The notes under the pieces are model-generated. The model worked only from the letters and a program-made list of their open reading frames with translations, did not search any database and was not told the DNA's origin. The position numbers and the translations under genes are program-made. Below are positions 45,430-53,593 of a stretch of DNA of 53,593 bases, one piece after another. Positions within the stretch are counted from its first letter, which is position 1. Each line of letters opens with the position of its first letter. Where the stretch lies: positions 1-53,593 of the forward strand of contig JAVYSA010000005.1 of assembly GCA_038729445.1 (NCBI GenBank), written 5' to 3'. Origin of the DNA: Thermoplasmata archaeon (GTDB lineage: Archaea > Thermoplasmatota > Thermoplasmata > Lutacidiplasmatales > UBA184).

Positions 45430-46335
45430 TCAGCGGCCCCCGGCGCGGCGGCGGGCGCCGACGAGGATGAGGGATATAAGAATGACCCCGACGAACGCCC
45501 CGACGCCGAGCAGGTAGTAGAGGGTGTAGTCCGGCGGCGGTCCGGTAACGTAGAACGATTCGGAGAAGCTGGTGGCGCCGTTCGCGAAGCGGACCTGGCC
45601 GTTCGGCACCGAGAGGCTCAGCGTGAAGGTGTGCTCCCCCGGCGGGAGGCCCCGCGTCAGGTAGTCGAAGGTGAAGTTGTACCCCTCGTGCGGGAGCAGC
45701 GTCGGGATCGCGATTGCCCCGACCGGGGTCCCGTCGAGATCCACCGCGATCGAGAACGGCAGCACGGTCTGGGTTCCGGCGACGACCTCTCCCGAGACCG
45801 TGTAGGGGCGGACCACGTAGAGGGTGGTCGTGATGTTGATCGATTGGTTCTGCGACTGGTAGACGCTCGAGAACTCGACGATGAGCGTGACCGTCTGGGG
45901 GACCGGCCCGACGTTCACGAGGAAGGTGTAGTTGGAGGTTCCGGTGAGGCCCCCGAAGTTCGGGTTCACCGAAAGTCCCGAGGTGTTCGCCCCGAAGATC
46001 GTCGCATGGTAGGTCAGGTTCCCGACGAGGGTTCCGTTCGGGGCGAAGGCCGGTCCTCCGGTGGCGTTGATGACGAACGGCTGGCTCGCGTTGAGCCGAA
46101 GAAGGGTTGGCCCGTGGACGGTGCCTGTCAGGGGGGCCGACGCGGCGCCGGCCGGGTGGCCGACCGCAGCGGGGGCCGGCCCGGCGGCCGAACCCCCGGC
46201 CGGGTGGGATCCCGCGAGAAAGGAGGCGCCGACGAGAAGGAGCGCGACGAGCAACCCGAGCCGGATCCGTGCGCCCACTCGGGGGCGCCGATCGCCCCGC
46301 GCGGGCGGGGCAGCGGGGGCTTCGGGCCCGATCAT
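45430..46335 (-). CDS. Secreted, C-terminally anchored beta-sandwich glycoprotein
   Basis: ATGA overlap with the aglB stop; signal-like hydrophobic segment, nine NxS/T sequons, C-terminal TM plus RRR. Confidence 0.8.
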   Translation of the reverse strand: MIGPEAPAAPPARGDRRPRVGARIRLGLLVALLLVGASFLAGSHPAGGSAAGPAPAAVGHPAGAASAPLTGTVHGPTLLRLNASQPFVINATGGPAFAPNGTLVGNLTYHATIFGANTSGLSVNPNFGGLTGTSNYTFLVNVGPVPQTVTLIVEFSSVYQSQNQSINITTTLYVVRPYTVSGEVVAGTQTVLPFSIAVDLDGTPVGAIAIPTLLPHEGYNFTFDYLTRGLPPGEHTFTLSLSVPNGQVRFANGATSFSESFYVTGPPPDYTLYYLLGVGAFVGVILISLILVGARRRAGGR

Positions 46336-49300
46336 GTGCGTTGCCACCTCCGGGTCCGGTTCCACCGGTAGACCGCGACCCCGACCGCGACCGCGATCGC
46401 GGGGATCAGCGCCAGGAGGATCAGCACCGGCTCGGGAAGGACGCTGGGGACCGGACCGAGGGAAGGCCCGGCGACGCGGAACGGCGCCGGGACCGCGACC
46501 GTGGCGGAGGGGATCGTGAGGGTCAGGCTCTGCTGCACCGCCCCCGTTGCGTTGAGCACGCTGATCTCAACGACCCCCTGGGTCGGAGGGATGAGCGCGG
46601 GTCCAAGCGCGGTGAGGTTCAGCTCGAAGGTCTCCGTCGCGCCGGCCGGAATGATGGGGACCGCCCCGGACTTCTCCGGGGTGAGGACCGAGGCCTGCCA
46701 GCCGAGCCCGGCGAGTGCGGTCGCGTTCACGACGCGCGCCCCCACCCCTTCCGGGACGTTGCCCGTGTTGCGGACGGTGAACGGGACGAGGATCCGCGTC
46801 GAACCGACCTGGGAGGGGCCGGTGGCGTAGGCGAGGGAGACCCCGTAGGAGGGGGCGATCGTCACCGTCGGGGTCCCCTGGACGGTGGCGAGCACGCTGC
46901 CGTTCACCGGGTTCACCACGTCCACCAGGAGCGGCGGATGGTCGACCAGCGTCCCCGCCGGTACGACGAGGGTGACGACGCCGAAGGTCGTGTTTCCCTG
47001 CGGGCCGACGCCGACCGTCACGTTCGTGAGCGACGTCGTGACGTTCCAGTACGCCGGGCTGATCGAGAGGCTGAGGCGCTCGGGAGATGGGCCCGCGTTC
47101 GACACCGTCACGCCGAACCGGACGATGCCTCCCGACGCCGGCAAGTCGACGACGGAGGGGCCGCTCGCGCGGGCGCTCACGGCCACCGGGAACGACCAGG
47201 AGAGCGGCAGCGCCGTCGCGAGGTTCCCGCCGGCCAGCGTCGCCGATCCCGATGCGGCCGCCGGGGCGGGAAGCCCGTAGGGGGTCCCGTTCGCGGTCGC
47301 GACGAAGCGGTACGATCCGATCGGAAGCGCGAGCGGGAGGTCGGTGGAGAGAGGGACAGCGGGAATCGACCAGTGGGCTCCCGACGCCGAACTGACCGTC
47401 AGGGACGCCGTTCCCGAGGGGATCCCGAACGCGGACGGGGGCAGGATCCGGACCGTGTCGGTCCAGCCGGGCTCGAGGTGCACGGTCCATGGACCGGTCC
47501 CGGGAAGGACGGTGACCGCCGTGAGGTTCGTGAGCGGGCTACCGGTACTGAGCGCCGTGGCATAGAGGGCGTAGCTTCCGGGAAGGAGGCTCGTCGAGAA
47601 CGTGCCGTTGGAGGCGGGGATGGAGACCATCGTTGCGGACGGGTACGGGCCCTCGAGGGTCAGCGTGGCTGGCAATGCCCCCGGGGCCCCGCCCGCGACG
47701 ACCGTTCCCGCGAACGGCACGAGCTGGGTGGTTCCGGTCATCACGACCGAGCAGTTCGTGGGATAGGCGCCGACCGCGCACGTCGCGCCCTCCGTGGCCT
47801 GCACCCATCGGACGAGATACGTCCCGTTCGGCCCCGGCGTCGGGACCATCGTGGGAGCGACCGTCACCCCGTAGGCGATCCCGCCCGGCAGGACCAGCGA
47901 GAAGAGCCCGGAGGCGCTGGTCGCGGTGGCGGTGGCCCCGTCCGGCGCCACGAAGTGGACGGGGACCGACGCGGCGACGACCGTCCCGTTCGGCCCGACC
48001 AGGCGGCCCGTGACCGCGACCCCCGGGGCGCTCAGCCGCACGGCGGGCGTGACGGTCCCTTGGCTCGCGATCGTGATCGCCGTCAGGTTGACCAGGGTCT
48101 GGCCGCCGGGGCCGGGGACCGTGGCGTGGGCCGAGTACTGGCCCGGCGCCGCCCAGAAGCCGCCGCGGAAGGCGGTTCCGTTCACGGTGATGTTCGTCGG
48201 TCCGGTCAGCGCGATCGTGGCGTTCGCGGCATCGATCCCCGCCGGCACCGCGATCGTGCCGGTCGCGTTCACCTGCCGCTGCAGGACGAGGGAGACCGAA
48301 GCCGTCGCGGCCCCGAGGGGCACCGCAAGCCCGGCCGGGGAGAGGTTCCGGTACACCACGCGACCGGGAACGCCGGGCGCCACGGCGGTCACCGTGTAGT
48401 TCCCCGGGTTGACGGTCAGGGAACCGGACCCGACGACCGAGATGCGGTAGGTCCCCGCCGAGGGGCTCGTGCCGTTGAGGAAGACCGACGCCGCGACCCC
48501 CGGCGGCGCCCCGGTGACCAGGATCGTCGCGGGAATCGGGGCGAACCGCAACGACAGCTGGGTGGTCGACGGGAGGGAGCCCGGCGCGATCCCGCATTCC
48601 TGTGCGGAAAGGTACCCCGTCCCGGAGGCCGACAGGCAGTAGCTCTGCGACGGGCCAAGGGAGGCCGGCGCGAGGAAGGTGACGGAGCCCTCGGCGTCGG
48701 CCTGCGACGGAATCTCTGCCGAGGTCCCATCGATGCCGAGCGTCACCGTCGCCCCGGCCGCGGGAAGAAGGGTGCCGTCGGAGCGGGGGACGCCGACCTC
48801 GATCGTGGCGCGGACCGCCGGTACGAGGGCGACGGAGAGGGAGGCCCCGCCGCTCGCCAGGGAGACCGGGGCCAGCGCCGCATCGATCGGCCCGGTGCCG
48901 ACCAGCGTCGACTGCAGCGCGAGCGCGGTGTAGTTCCCCGCCGGCAGGAGGGCGGCGATCGTTCCGTTCGGAGCCCCGGTGAGCAGCGATCCTCCGTCGT
49001 CCCCGTAGATCAGGACCGCGGTCGTGGCGTTCGGCTGCTTCGTCAGGATCGTGCCCCGCAGCCAGCTCGCCGGGGCCAGCGCCAAGGGTCCGGCGCTCAC
49101 CGGGGGCCCGTCGGGGGACACCGCCACGGTGCCGAGGGCCGCCATCGGCGAGGAGCCGGAGAGCGTGCTCGCGTAGACCGAGTATGTCCCCGCCGGAAGG
49201 TACGCCTGGATGGCCCCGCTCGCATCGGTCGTGAAGACAGCGGCCCGCGCGAGGGCCTCGGTGAGGTTCGTCACCGACGTGGTCGCATTGAGGGTCGGGA

Positions 49301-52300
49301 CCTCCGTCAGCCGGACGGCGACGCCGGGGGCGGCCAAGCCCCCTTCGGTCACCGTGAGCCGCACCGGTACCATCGGTTGCTCGGTGAGGTTCACGGTCAT
49401 CTTCTCCCCGAAGCCGGAGACGTAGAGCGGAACCCCCATCGAGCGCTCACCGTTCGCCGGGCCCACCGCGGTCATCGTGTAGTTGCCCGGGCCGAAGGAC
49501 TGGAGCTGGTAGCTCCCCGAGGCGCCCGTCGTCGTCGAGACGTCGACGCCGTTGGCCCCCTGGACCGTGACCCGGGCGCCGGCGATCGGCAGCCCGTTCT
49601 GGCCGAGGACAACCCCGGTCACGTTGGAGGGCGTCAGGCCAGCGCTGGCGTTGATGGGAGAGCTGCCCGGGTCGACATAGAGGGTGGGCTGGGTGAAGTT
49701 CGCCCCTTGGTAGAGCACGCTGTAGTTGTAGATTCCCGGTGGGACGTCGGGAAGCGAGAAGGTCCCGCCCGCATCCGTGGTGACGGTGATCGGCGTCGCG
49801 TTCGCCACCCCCCAGAGCCGAACGGTCGCGCCCGAGACCGGAGGGTCGAGGATCGGGGCGTAGCTGCTCGAGTTGGCCAGGTTCCAGTAGACCATCCCCG
49901 ACACCGTGCTCCGGGGGACCACGATCGTGCGGACCAGGGTCGGTGCCTGGATGCTGAAGCCGACGGCGTTCGGCACCTGGACGGGGACCGAGGTCAGGAG
50001 GATGTTCCCCTGCTGGGAGAGGCCCTGGAGGGTCCCGATCGTGACGTTCACGGTGTCGTTGCCGGGCGGAAGGAGGAGGGAGTACTGCCCCTGGGGACCG
50101 GTGATGACCGTCTGGTGGGGGATCCCCCACTGGTCGGTGACGGTGACGCGGGCGCCGGCCACCGGGGTACCGTCCGGCAGGGTGATCGTTCCGGTCATCG
50201 GCTGGCCGGGATAGTAGACGAGCATCGACTCGCCGCCGCTGAAGTAGGCGCTCATGTTCGTGTTCGCGACCCCGCCCTGGCTCTTCGCGAGAGCGAGCGC
50301 CGTCGGCTTGTTGGTGGCGGAGTAGCAGTTCTGGTTCGCGGCCTGCGCCGGGTTCGGGCAGTAGTAGGCCGTCTGGTAGACGACCATGAAGTGGGACAGC
50401 ATCCAGCCCGGCTCGACGGTGTAGTTCACGAGGGAGCCCAACAGACCGGGGATCCCCGTGCCGAGCCCGATGTCGGTCCCGTTGTAGCCGAAGTAGATGT
50501 GGTAGATCATCGAGTTGTAGAACGGGCTGAAGTAGTTCACGTAATACTGGACGGCGCTCACCGAGGCCGGCAGCTGACCCTCCGGATAGTACTTGCCGTC
50601 GGAGCCGAGGACGGTGACGTTGAAGTACGTCTCGGGATTCCCTGCGGAGTCGATGATGCGGCCGGTCAGGTCGGCCGGCGCGTAGTAGATCCCCGTGCTC
50701 GTCCCGCTGAAGGGGATGAGCCGGCTGTCCGTCATCGCGTAGCGGATCGACCAGCCCGTGTAGGCCATGAGGTCGTTGTAGACCCGGGCGACCGCGAAGG
50801 GGCTCAGCGTCGCCAGATAGTAACTAGTCACCATGTAGATCGCGTTCTTGTCGGTGAGCGTCGACGGGTTGACCGGCAGGTAGATCTGCGGGTTGGCGAC
50901 GACCTGCGCCCAGTCGCTCGACCCGTTCGAGAGATCGTGGTTGAGCCGGGTCACGTTGACGCCGTCGGAGGCGAGGATCGCCGCGAGGTTGGGCGGGATC
51001 GAGGAAGAGTGGTTCTTGACTAGCATCGCCTCGAGCAGCGTCGCGGAGAGGACCCCGATCGCGATCGACTGGTTCTGCGCCAAGAGGAACTGGCCCGCGG
51101 GGTCGATCCCGTTCTGGAAGTTGTCCGCGACGCTCGGATGCTGGCCTTGGTCGATCGTCTGGAACCCGTAGTCCCACCAGGAGATCACCGCGGGACGTTC
51201 CGGTTGCGGGATCGCCGTATCCTGCTGGGCGAGCCAATTGTAGCCGGCCGAGTCGTAGAGGTTGGGCGTGTCGAGGGACGAACCGGTGGCCCCGAAGTAG
51301 AACGAGGAGGCCTGGCTCGACGCGGGCCGCAGCCACGAGGGCAGGGTGTTGTAGACCTGGTCGGAGATCCCTGCCTTCGTGTTGCCGGGAATCGCGGCGT
51401 CCATCCCGTACCAGATGTTCGGCAGCAGCAGCCCGACGACGACCAGGACGACCAGGACGTGCCGGGCCTTGAACGATCGCCGGAGGGCCGTCAGGCGGCT
51501 GCGCGTGTCCGCGAGGGAGCGTACCCCCTGCCGCAGCTCGGAGAAGCCCGCCAGGTCCCAGAGCCGACGGACCGCCTCCGCGCTCAGGATCGCGAAGGCC
51601 GGGGAGCCGACGAGGAAGAACTTGGAGGCGGAGATCGGCAGGTAGACCGAGACGATCGCGAAGACGAGGAAGAAGACCAGCCAGCGCGGGAACCGGCTGC
51701 GCACCATCTGCCAGCCGTACAGCGCGAGCCCCACGAAGGCGAGGAAGAAGGTGACCACCCCGTAGGAGATCGCCAACGAATCGAACGACGGGGCCTGCGC
51801 CTCGGCGACGGTGGAGTAGATGAGGGTCTTCACGAAGTACCCTTGGCCGGTGAGGATTTCGGTGAGGTAGACCGGGCGAAGGACGAACAGCGCGAAGGCC
51901 CCCGCGAGGTAGATCGCGACCAGACCGGGGATCGAGACGACCCAGGGGATGTCCCGCATCAGGAGGAACGGCAGCAGGAGCGCCAGGATGCCGAAGTAGA
52001 GGATGAGCGGCAGCTCGAACCAGCCAATGAACTGCTGCTGCACGTAGTAGTACGGCATCCCGATCGGGAAGCCGACCAGGCCGACAATCCAGGTCCCGAT
52101 GTAGAGCCCGAAGGAGTCGACGCGGCGGATCCGCTCGATGATCATCGCGGCGACGATGAACACCCCGATGACGGCGATCGCGAAGGTGTATCCCTGCCAG
52201 GACAGGGCGAGGGCTCCGAAGGCGACCCCCGTGAAGACCGCCCACTTGATCCCCGTCCGTTCCGTCCGCCAGAGCCCGCGTAGGCCGGCGACGATCGACC

Positions 52301-52910
52301 GCGGATGCCGGTAGGAGTCGACCCAGCGGCGGGTGCCGATCGCCTTGACCATGCGGATGTAGGAGTAGATGACGACCAGGATGACGAACGTGTAGAAGCT
52401 GAGGTAGTTCCCGTAGCCGAAGACCGACTCGACCACGGTGGCCGGCAGGAACGCGAAGATGAACCCGGCGATGATCCCGGTCCGCCGATCCCCGACCTCA
52501 CGGCCGATGAGATAGATCGGGAAGACGCTCAGGGCCGCCCAGAGCGGGGCCTGCAGGTTCAGGAAGAACGCCCCCGCGGCGTCGGCGTGGCCCCCGAAGA
52601 ACGGGGCGAAGGCGATCCCGAGGGCCGCGTTCATCCAGTCGAAGAGCGGCTCCCGCGGGTTGATGGCCCCGATCGGGTAGTTGAGCAGCGGGTCGAAGAT
52701 GAGGTTGGTGTGGTTCGCGATGATGTACTGCATCACGCGCGAGTGGTAGTACGAGTCCGATCCCCCCCCATAGACGTAGAGGTTGCCGAACTGGGTCAAC
52801 AGGGGAAGGTTCCAGATCGTCCGCAGCGCGAAGGCGATGCCGAACGCCGCGAGGAGCAGGGCCACGGTCCAGCCGTGCCGGGCCCACCAACCCTTCCCAT
52901 CCGGATCCAT
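46332..52910 (-). CDS. aglB: Oligosaccharyltransferase AglB/STT3 with long repeat-rich C-terminal extension
   Basis: SDSYYH.R, DPLLNYP.G, multi-TM region, STVAEA, SWWDYG (51165-51179), ADNFQ, then repeated G.V....G.P..GA.V / TT.A.G.Y domains and a terminal TM. Confidence 0.9.
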   Translation of the reverse strand: MDPDGKGWWARHGWTVALLLAAFGIAFALRTIWNLPLLTQFGNLYVYGGGSDSYYHSRVMQYIIANHTNLIFDPLLNYPIGAINPREPLFDWMNAALGIAFAPFFGGHADAAGAFFLNLQAPLWAALSVFPIYLIGREVGDRRTGIIAGFIFAFLPATVVESVFGYGNYLSFYTFVILVVIYSYIRMVKAIGTRRWVDSYRHPRSIVAGLRGLWRTERTGIKWAVFTGVAFGALALSWQGYTFAIAVIGVFIVAAMIIERIRRVDSFGLYIGTWIVGLVGFPIGMPYYYVQQQFIGWFELPLILYFGILALLLPFLLMRDIPWVVSIPGLVAIYLAGAFALFVLRPVYLTEILTGQGYFVKTLIYSTVAEAQAPSFDSLAISYGVVTFFLAFVGLALYGWQMVRSRFPRWLVFFLVFAIVSVYLPISASKFFLVGSPAFAILSAEAVRRLWDLAGFSELRQGVRSLADTRSRLTALRRSFKARHVLVVLVVVGLLLPNIWYGMDAAIPGNTKAGISDQVYNTLPSWLRPASSQASSFYFGATGSSLDTPNLYDSAGYNWLAQQDTAIPQPERPAVISWWDYGFQTIDQGQHPSVADNFQNGIDPAGQFLLAQNQSIAIGVLSATLLEAMLVKNHSSSIPPNLAAILASDGVNVTRLNHDLSNGSSDWAQVVANPQIYLPVNPSTLTDKNAIYMVTSYYLATLSPFAVARVYNDLMAYTGWSIRYAMTDSRLIPFSGTSTGIYYAPADLTGRIIDSAGNPETYFNVTVLGSDGKYYPEGQLPASVSAVQYYVNYFSPFYNSMIYHIYFGYNGTDIGLGTGIPGLLGSLVNYTVEPGWMLSHFMVVYQTAYYCPNPAQAANQNCYSATNKPTALALAKSQGGVANTNMSAYFSGGESMLVYYPGQPMTGTITLPDGTPVAGARVTVTDQWGIPHQTVITGPQGQYSLLLPPGNDTVNVTIGTLQGLSQQGNILLTSVPVQVPNAVGFSIQAPTLVRTIVVPRSTVSGMVYWNLANSSSYAPILDPPVSGATVRLWGVANATPITVTTDAGGTFSLPDVPPGIYNYSVLYQGANFTQPTLYVDPGSSPINASAGLTPSNVTGVVLGQNGLPIAGARVTVQGANGVDVSTTTGASGSYQLQSFGPGNYTMTAVGPANGERSMGVPLYVSGFGEKMTVNLTEQPMVPVRLTVTEGGLAAPGVAVRLTEVPTLNATTSVTNLTEALARAAVFTTDASGAIQAYLPAGTYSVYASTLSGSSPMAALGTVAVSPDGPPVSAGPLALAPASWLRGTILTKQPNATTAVLIYGDDGGSLLTGAPNGTIAALLPAGNYTALALQSTLVGTGPIDAALAPVSLASGGASLSVALVPAVRATIEVGVPRSDGTLLPAAGATVTLGIDGTSAEIPSQADAEGSVTFLAPASLGPSQSYCLSASGTGYLSAQECGIAPGSLPSTTQLSLRFAPIPATILVTGAPPGVAASVFLNGTSPSAGTYRISVVGSGSLTVNPGNYTVTAVAPGVPGRVVYRNLSPAGLAVPLGAATASVSLVLQRQVNATGTIAVPAGIDAANATIALTGPTNITVNGTAFRGGFWAAPGQYSAHATVPGPGGQTLVNLTAITIASQGTVTPAVRLSAPGVAVTGRLVGPNGTVVAASVPVHFVAPDGATATATSASGLFSLVLPGGIAYGVTVAPTMVPTPGPNGTYLVRWVQATEGATCAVGAYPTNCSVVMTGTTQLVPFAGTVVAGGAPGALPATLTLEGPYPSATMVSIPASNGTFSTSLLPGSYALYATALSTGSPLTNLTAVTVLPGTGPWTVHLEPGWTDTVRILPPSAFGIPSGTASLTVSSASGAHWSIPAVPLSTDLPLALPIGSYRFVATANGTPYGLPAPAAASGSATLAGGNLATALPLSWSFPVAVSARASGPSVVDLPASGGIVRFGVTVSNAGPSPERLSLSISPAYWNVTTSLTNVTVGVGPQGNTTFGVVTLVVPAGTLVDHPPLLVDVVNPVNGSVLATVQGTPTVTIAPSYGVSLAYATGPSQVGSTRILVPFTVRNTGNVPEGVGARVVNATALAGLGWQASVLTPEKSGAVPIIPAGATETFELNLTALGPALIPPTQGVVEISVLNATGAVQQSLTLTIPSATVAVPAPFRVAGPSLGPVPSVLPEPVLILLALIPAIAVAVGVAVYRWNRTRRWQRT

Positions 52911-52957
52911 CGAATGCCGGCGCCCTCGGGCCGGCGGGCCGCGAGACCTTGGGGCCC

Positions 52958-52965
52958 TATAAATA
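52958..52965 (-). promoter_or_regulatory. TATA box upstream of aglB
   Basis: TATTTATA on the minus strand, about 50 nt before ATG 52910. Confidence 0.6.
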
Positions 52966-53012
52966 GCCTGTCCTTTCCGGCCGCCGGCGGCCGCCCGCAG
53001 CCCGCGTTCCGC

Positions 53013-53570
53013 TCAGCCGACGACCACGAAGCGGTAGAACGAGCGCCCGTCGGGGAGCTGGTACGGCTGCACCCGGACCGGATCCCCGATCCGCAGCTCG
53101 GTCCATGGGCGCCCGTCGATCCGTCCGTAAAGGCGCAACGGGACCCCGTCCAGGTCGACCAACCCGACCGCGAAGGGGACGTCCGCCTCCATGCCAAGCG
53201 GGGCGCCGGCGAGGACGGCGCTGAACGCGTAGATCCGGCCCGACGTCGGCAAATCCGTCCACTCGATGGACTCGGCGTGGCAGGAGGGGCAGGCGACCCG
53301 GGGAGGCCAATGGACGGCCCCGCAGGCCGGGCAGCGGGTCGTAGAGAACCGCCCCTCGCGCAGGCGCTCGAAGAACGCGGCGAGGCGGGTCTGCTCGGGG
53401 CTCTCGAGAGGGTAGAAGTCGAGCAGGAACGGGAGCGGGATCGTCGCGGGGGTCGGACGGGGACGGGAGGCCGGACGGACGGGCTCGGCGGGCGCGGGAG
53501 GCTCCGACGCAGGGTCCGTCCCGGCCGGGGGCAAGGGGGCGCGCTTGCGCGCGGGGGCCTCTGCCGCCAT
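53013..53570 (-). CDS. DUF35 Zn-ribbon/OB-fold protein
   Basis: FF..L.EGR...RC..CG...WPPR..CP.C...G.IY.F...PF..GLVDL; GGAGG RBS upstream. Confidence 0.9.
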   Translation of the reverse strand: MAAEAPARKRAPLPPAGTDPASEPPAPAEPVRPASRPRPTPATIPLPFLLDFYPLESPEQTRLAAFFERLREGRFSTTRCPACGAVHWPPRVACPSCHAESIEWTDLPTSGRIYAFSAVLAGAPLGMEADVPFAVGLVDLDGVPLRLYGRIDGRPWTELRIGDPVRVQPYQLPDGRSFYRFVVVG

Positions 53571-53593
53571 CAGGGAGGACCTCCGGCCTGGTA

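Noticed and set aside
46368-46400. GACCGC-type short tandem repeat
   Set aside because: It simply encodes the AVAVGVAV transmembrane anchor of AglB.
46107-51023. 1638-aa plus-strand ORF
   Set aside because: Antisense shadow of aglB; R/G/D-rich with no motifs, as expected from stop-codon scarcity at high GC.
1-53593. CRISPR arrays, IS elements, integrases, prophage or defence islands
   Set aside because: No regularly spaced repeats or mobile-element motifs seen; content is housekeeping.
53570-53593. 3' end of an upstream minus-strand gene (thiolase expected next to DUF35)
   Set aside because: Only about seven codons are visible, too little to call.

Overview
This is a very GC-rich (roughly 70% or more by eye), gene-dense archaeal chromosomal segment. 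It is most consistent with a non-Thermoplasmatales member of Thermoplasmatota (inference from the gene set: topoisomerase VI, a headless complex I operon, a giant AglB and folate-type C1 enzymes). It is core genome: no CRISPR array, transposase, integrase or phage genes were seen. Contents in order: partial PAC2 proteasome chaperone; fen1-FTCD-RibD_C operon; FAH hydrolase; rio1-KH-priS; HExxH protein, NfeD and SPFH; crotonase; tandem GNAT; an 11-subunit nuoABCDHIJKLMN operon followed by a geranylgeranyl-reductase homologue and a long-chain prenyl synthase; top6B/top6A; an atypical cupredoxin; a tiny eL41/eS32 gene; coaBC-sucCD; HAD; tRNA-His; assorted hydrolases, SDRs and an antiporter; ferredoxin; EF-1beta; and a 2192-aa AglB with a translationally coupled glycoprotein. 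The most notable observations are: (1) a tRNA-His(GUG) interrupted by a 29-nt BHB intron in the T-loop (59/60); (2) a giant AglB that appears to lack the DxD/DHH metal motif and is coupled to a membrane-anchored partner; (3) a NuoI with four [4Fe-4S] motifs; (4) a cupredoxin with a CuA-like CxxxC but no second His, preceded by a perfect palindrome. All calls come from motif reading alone; no database searches were run.
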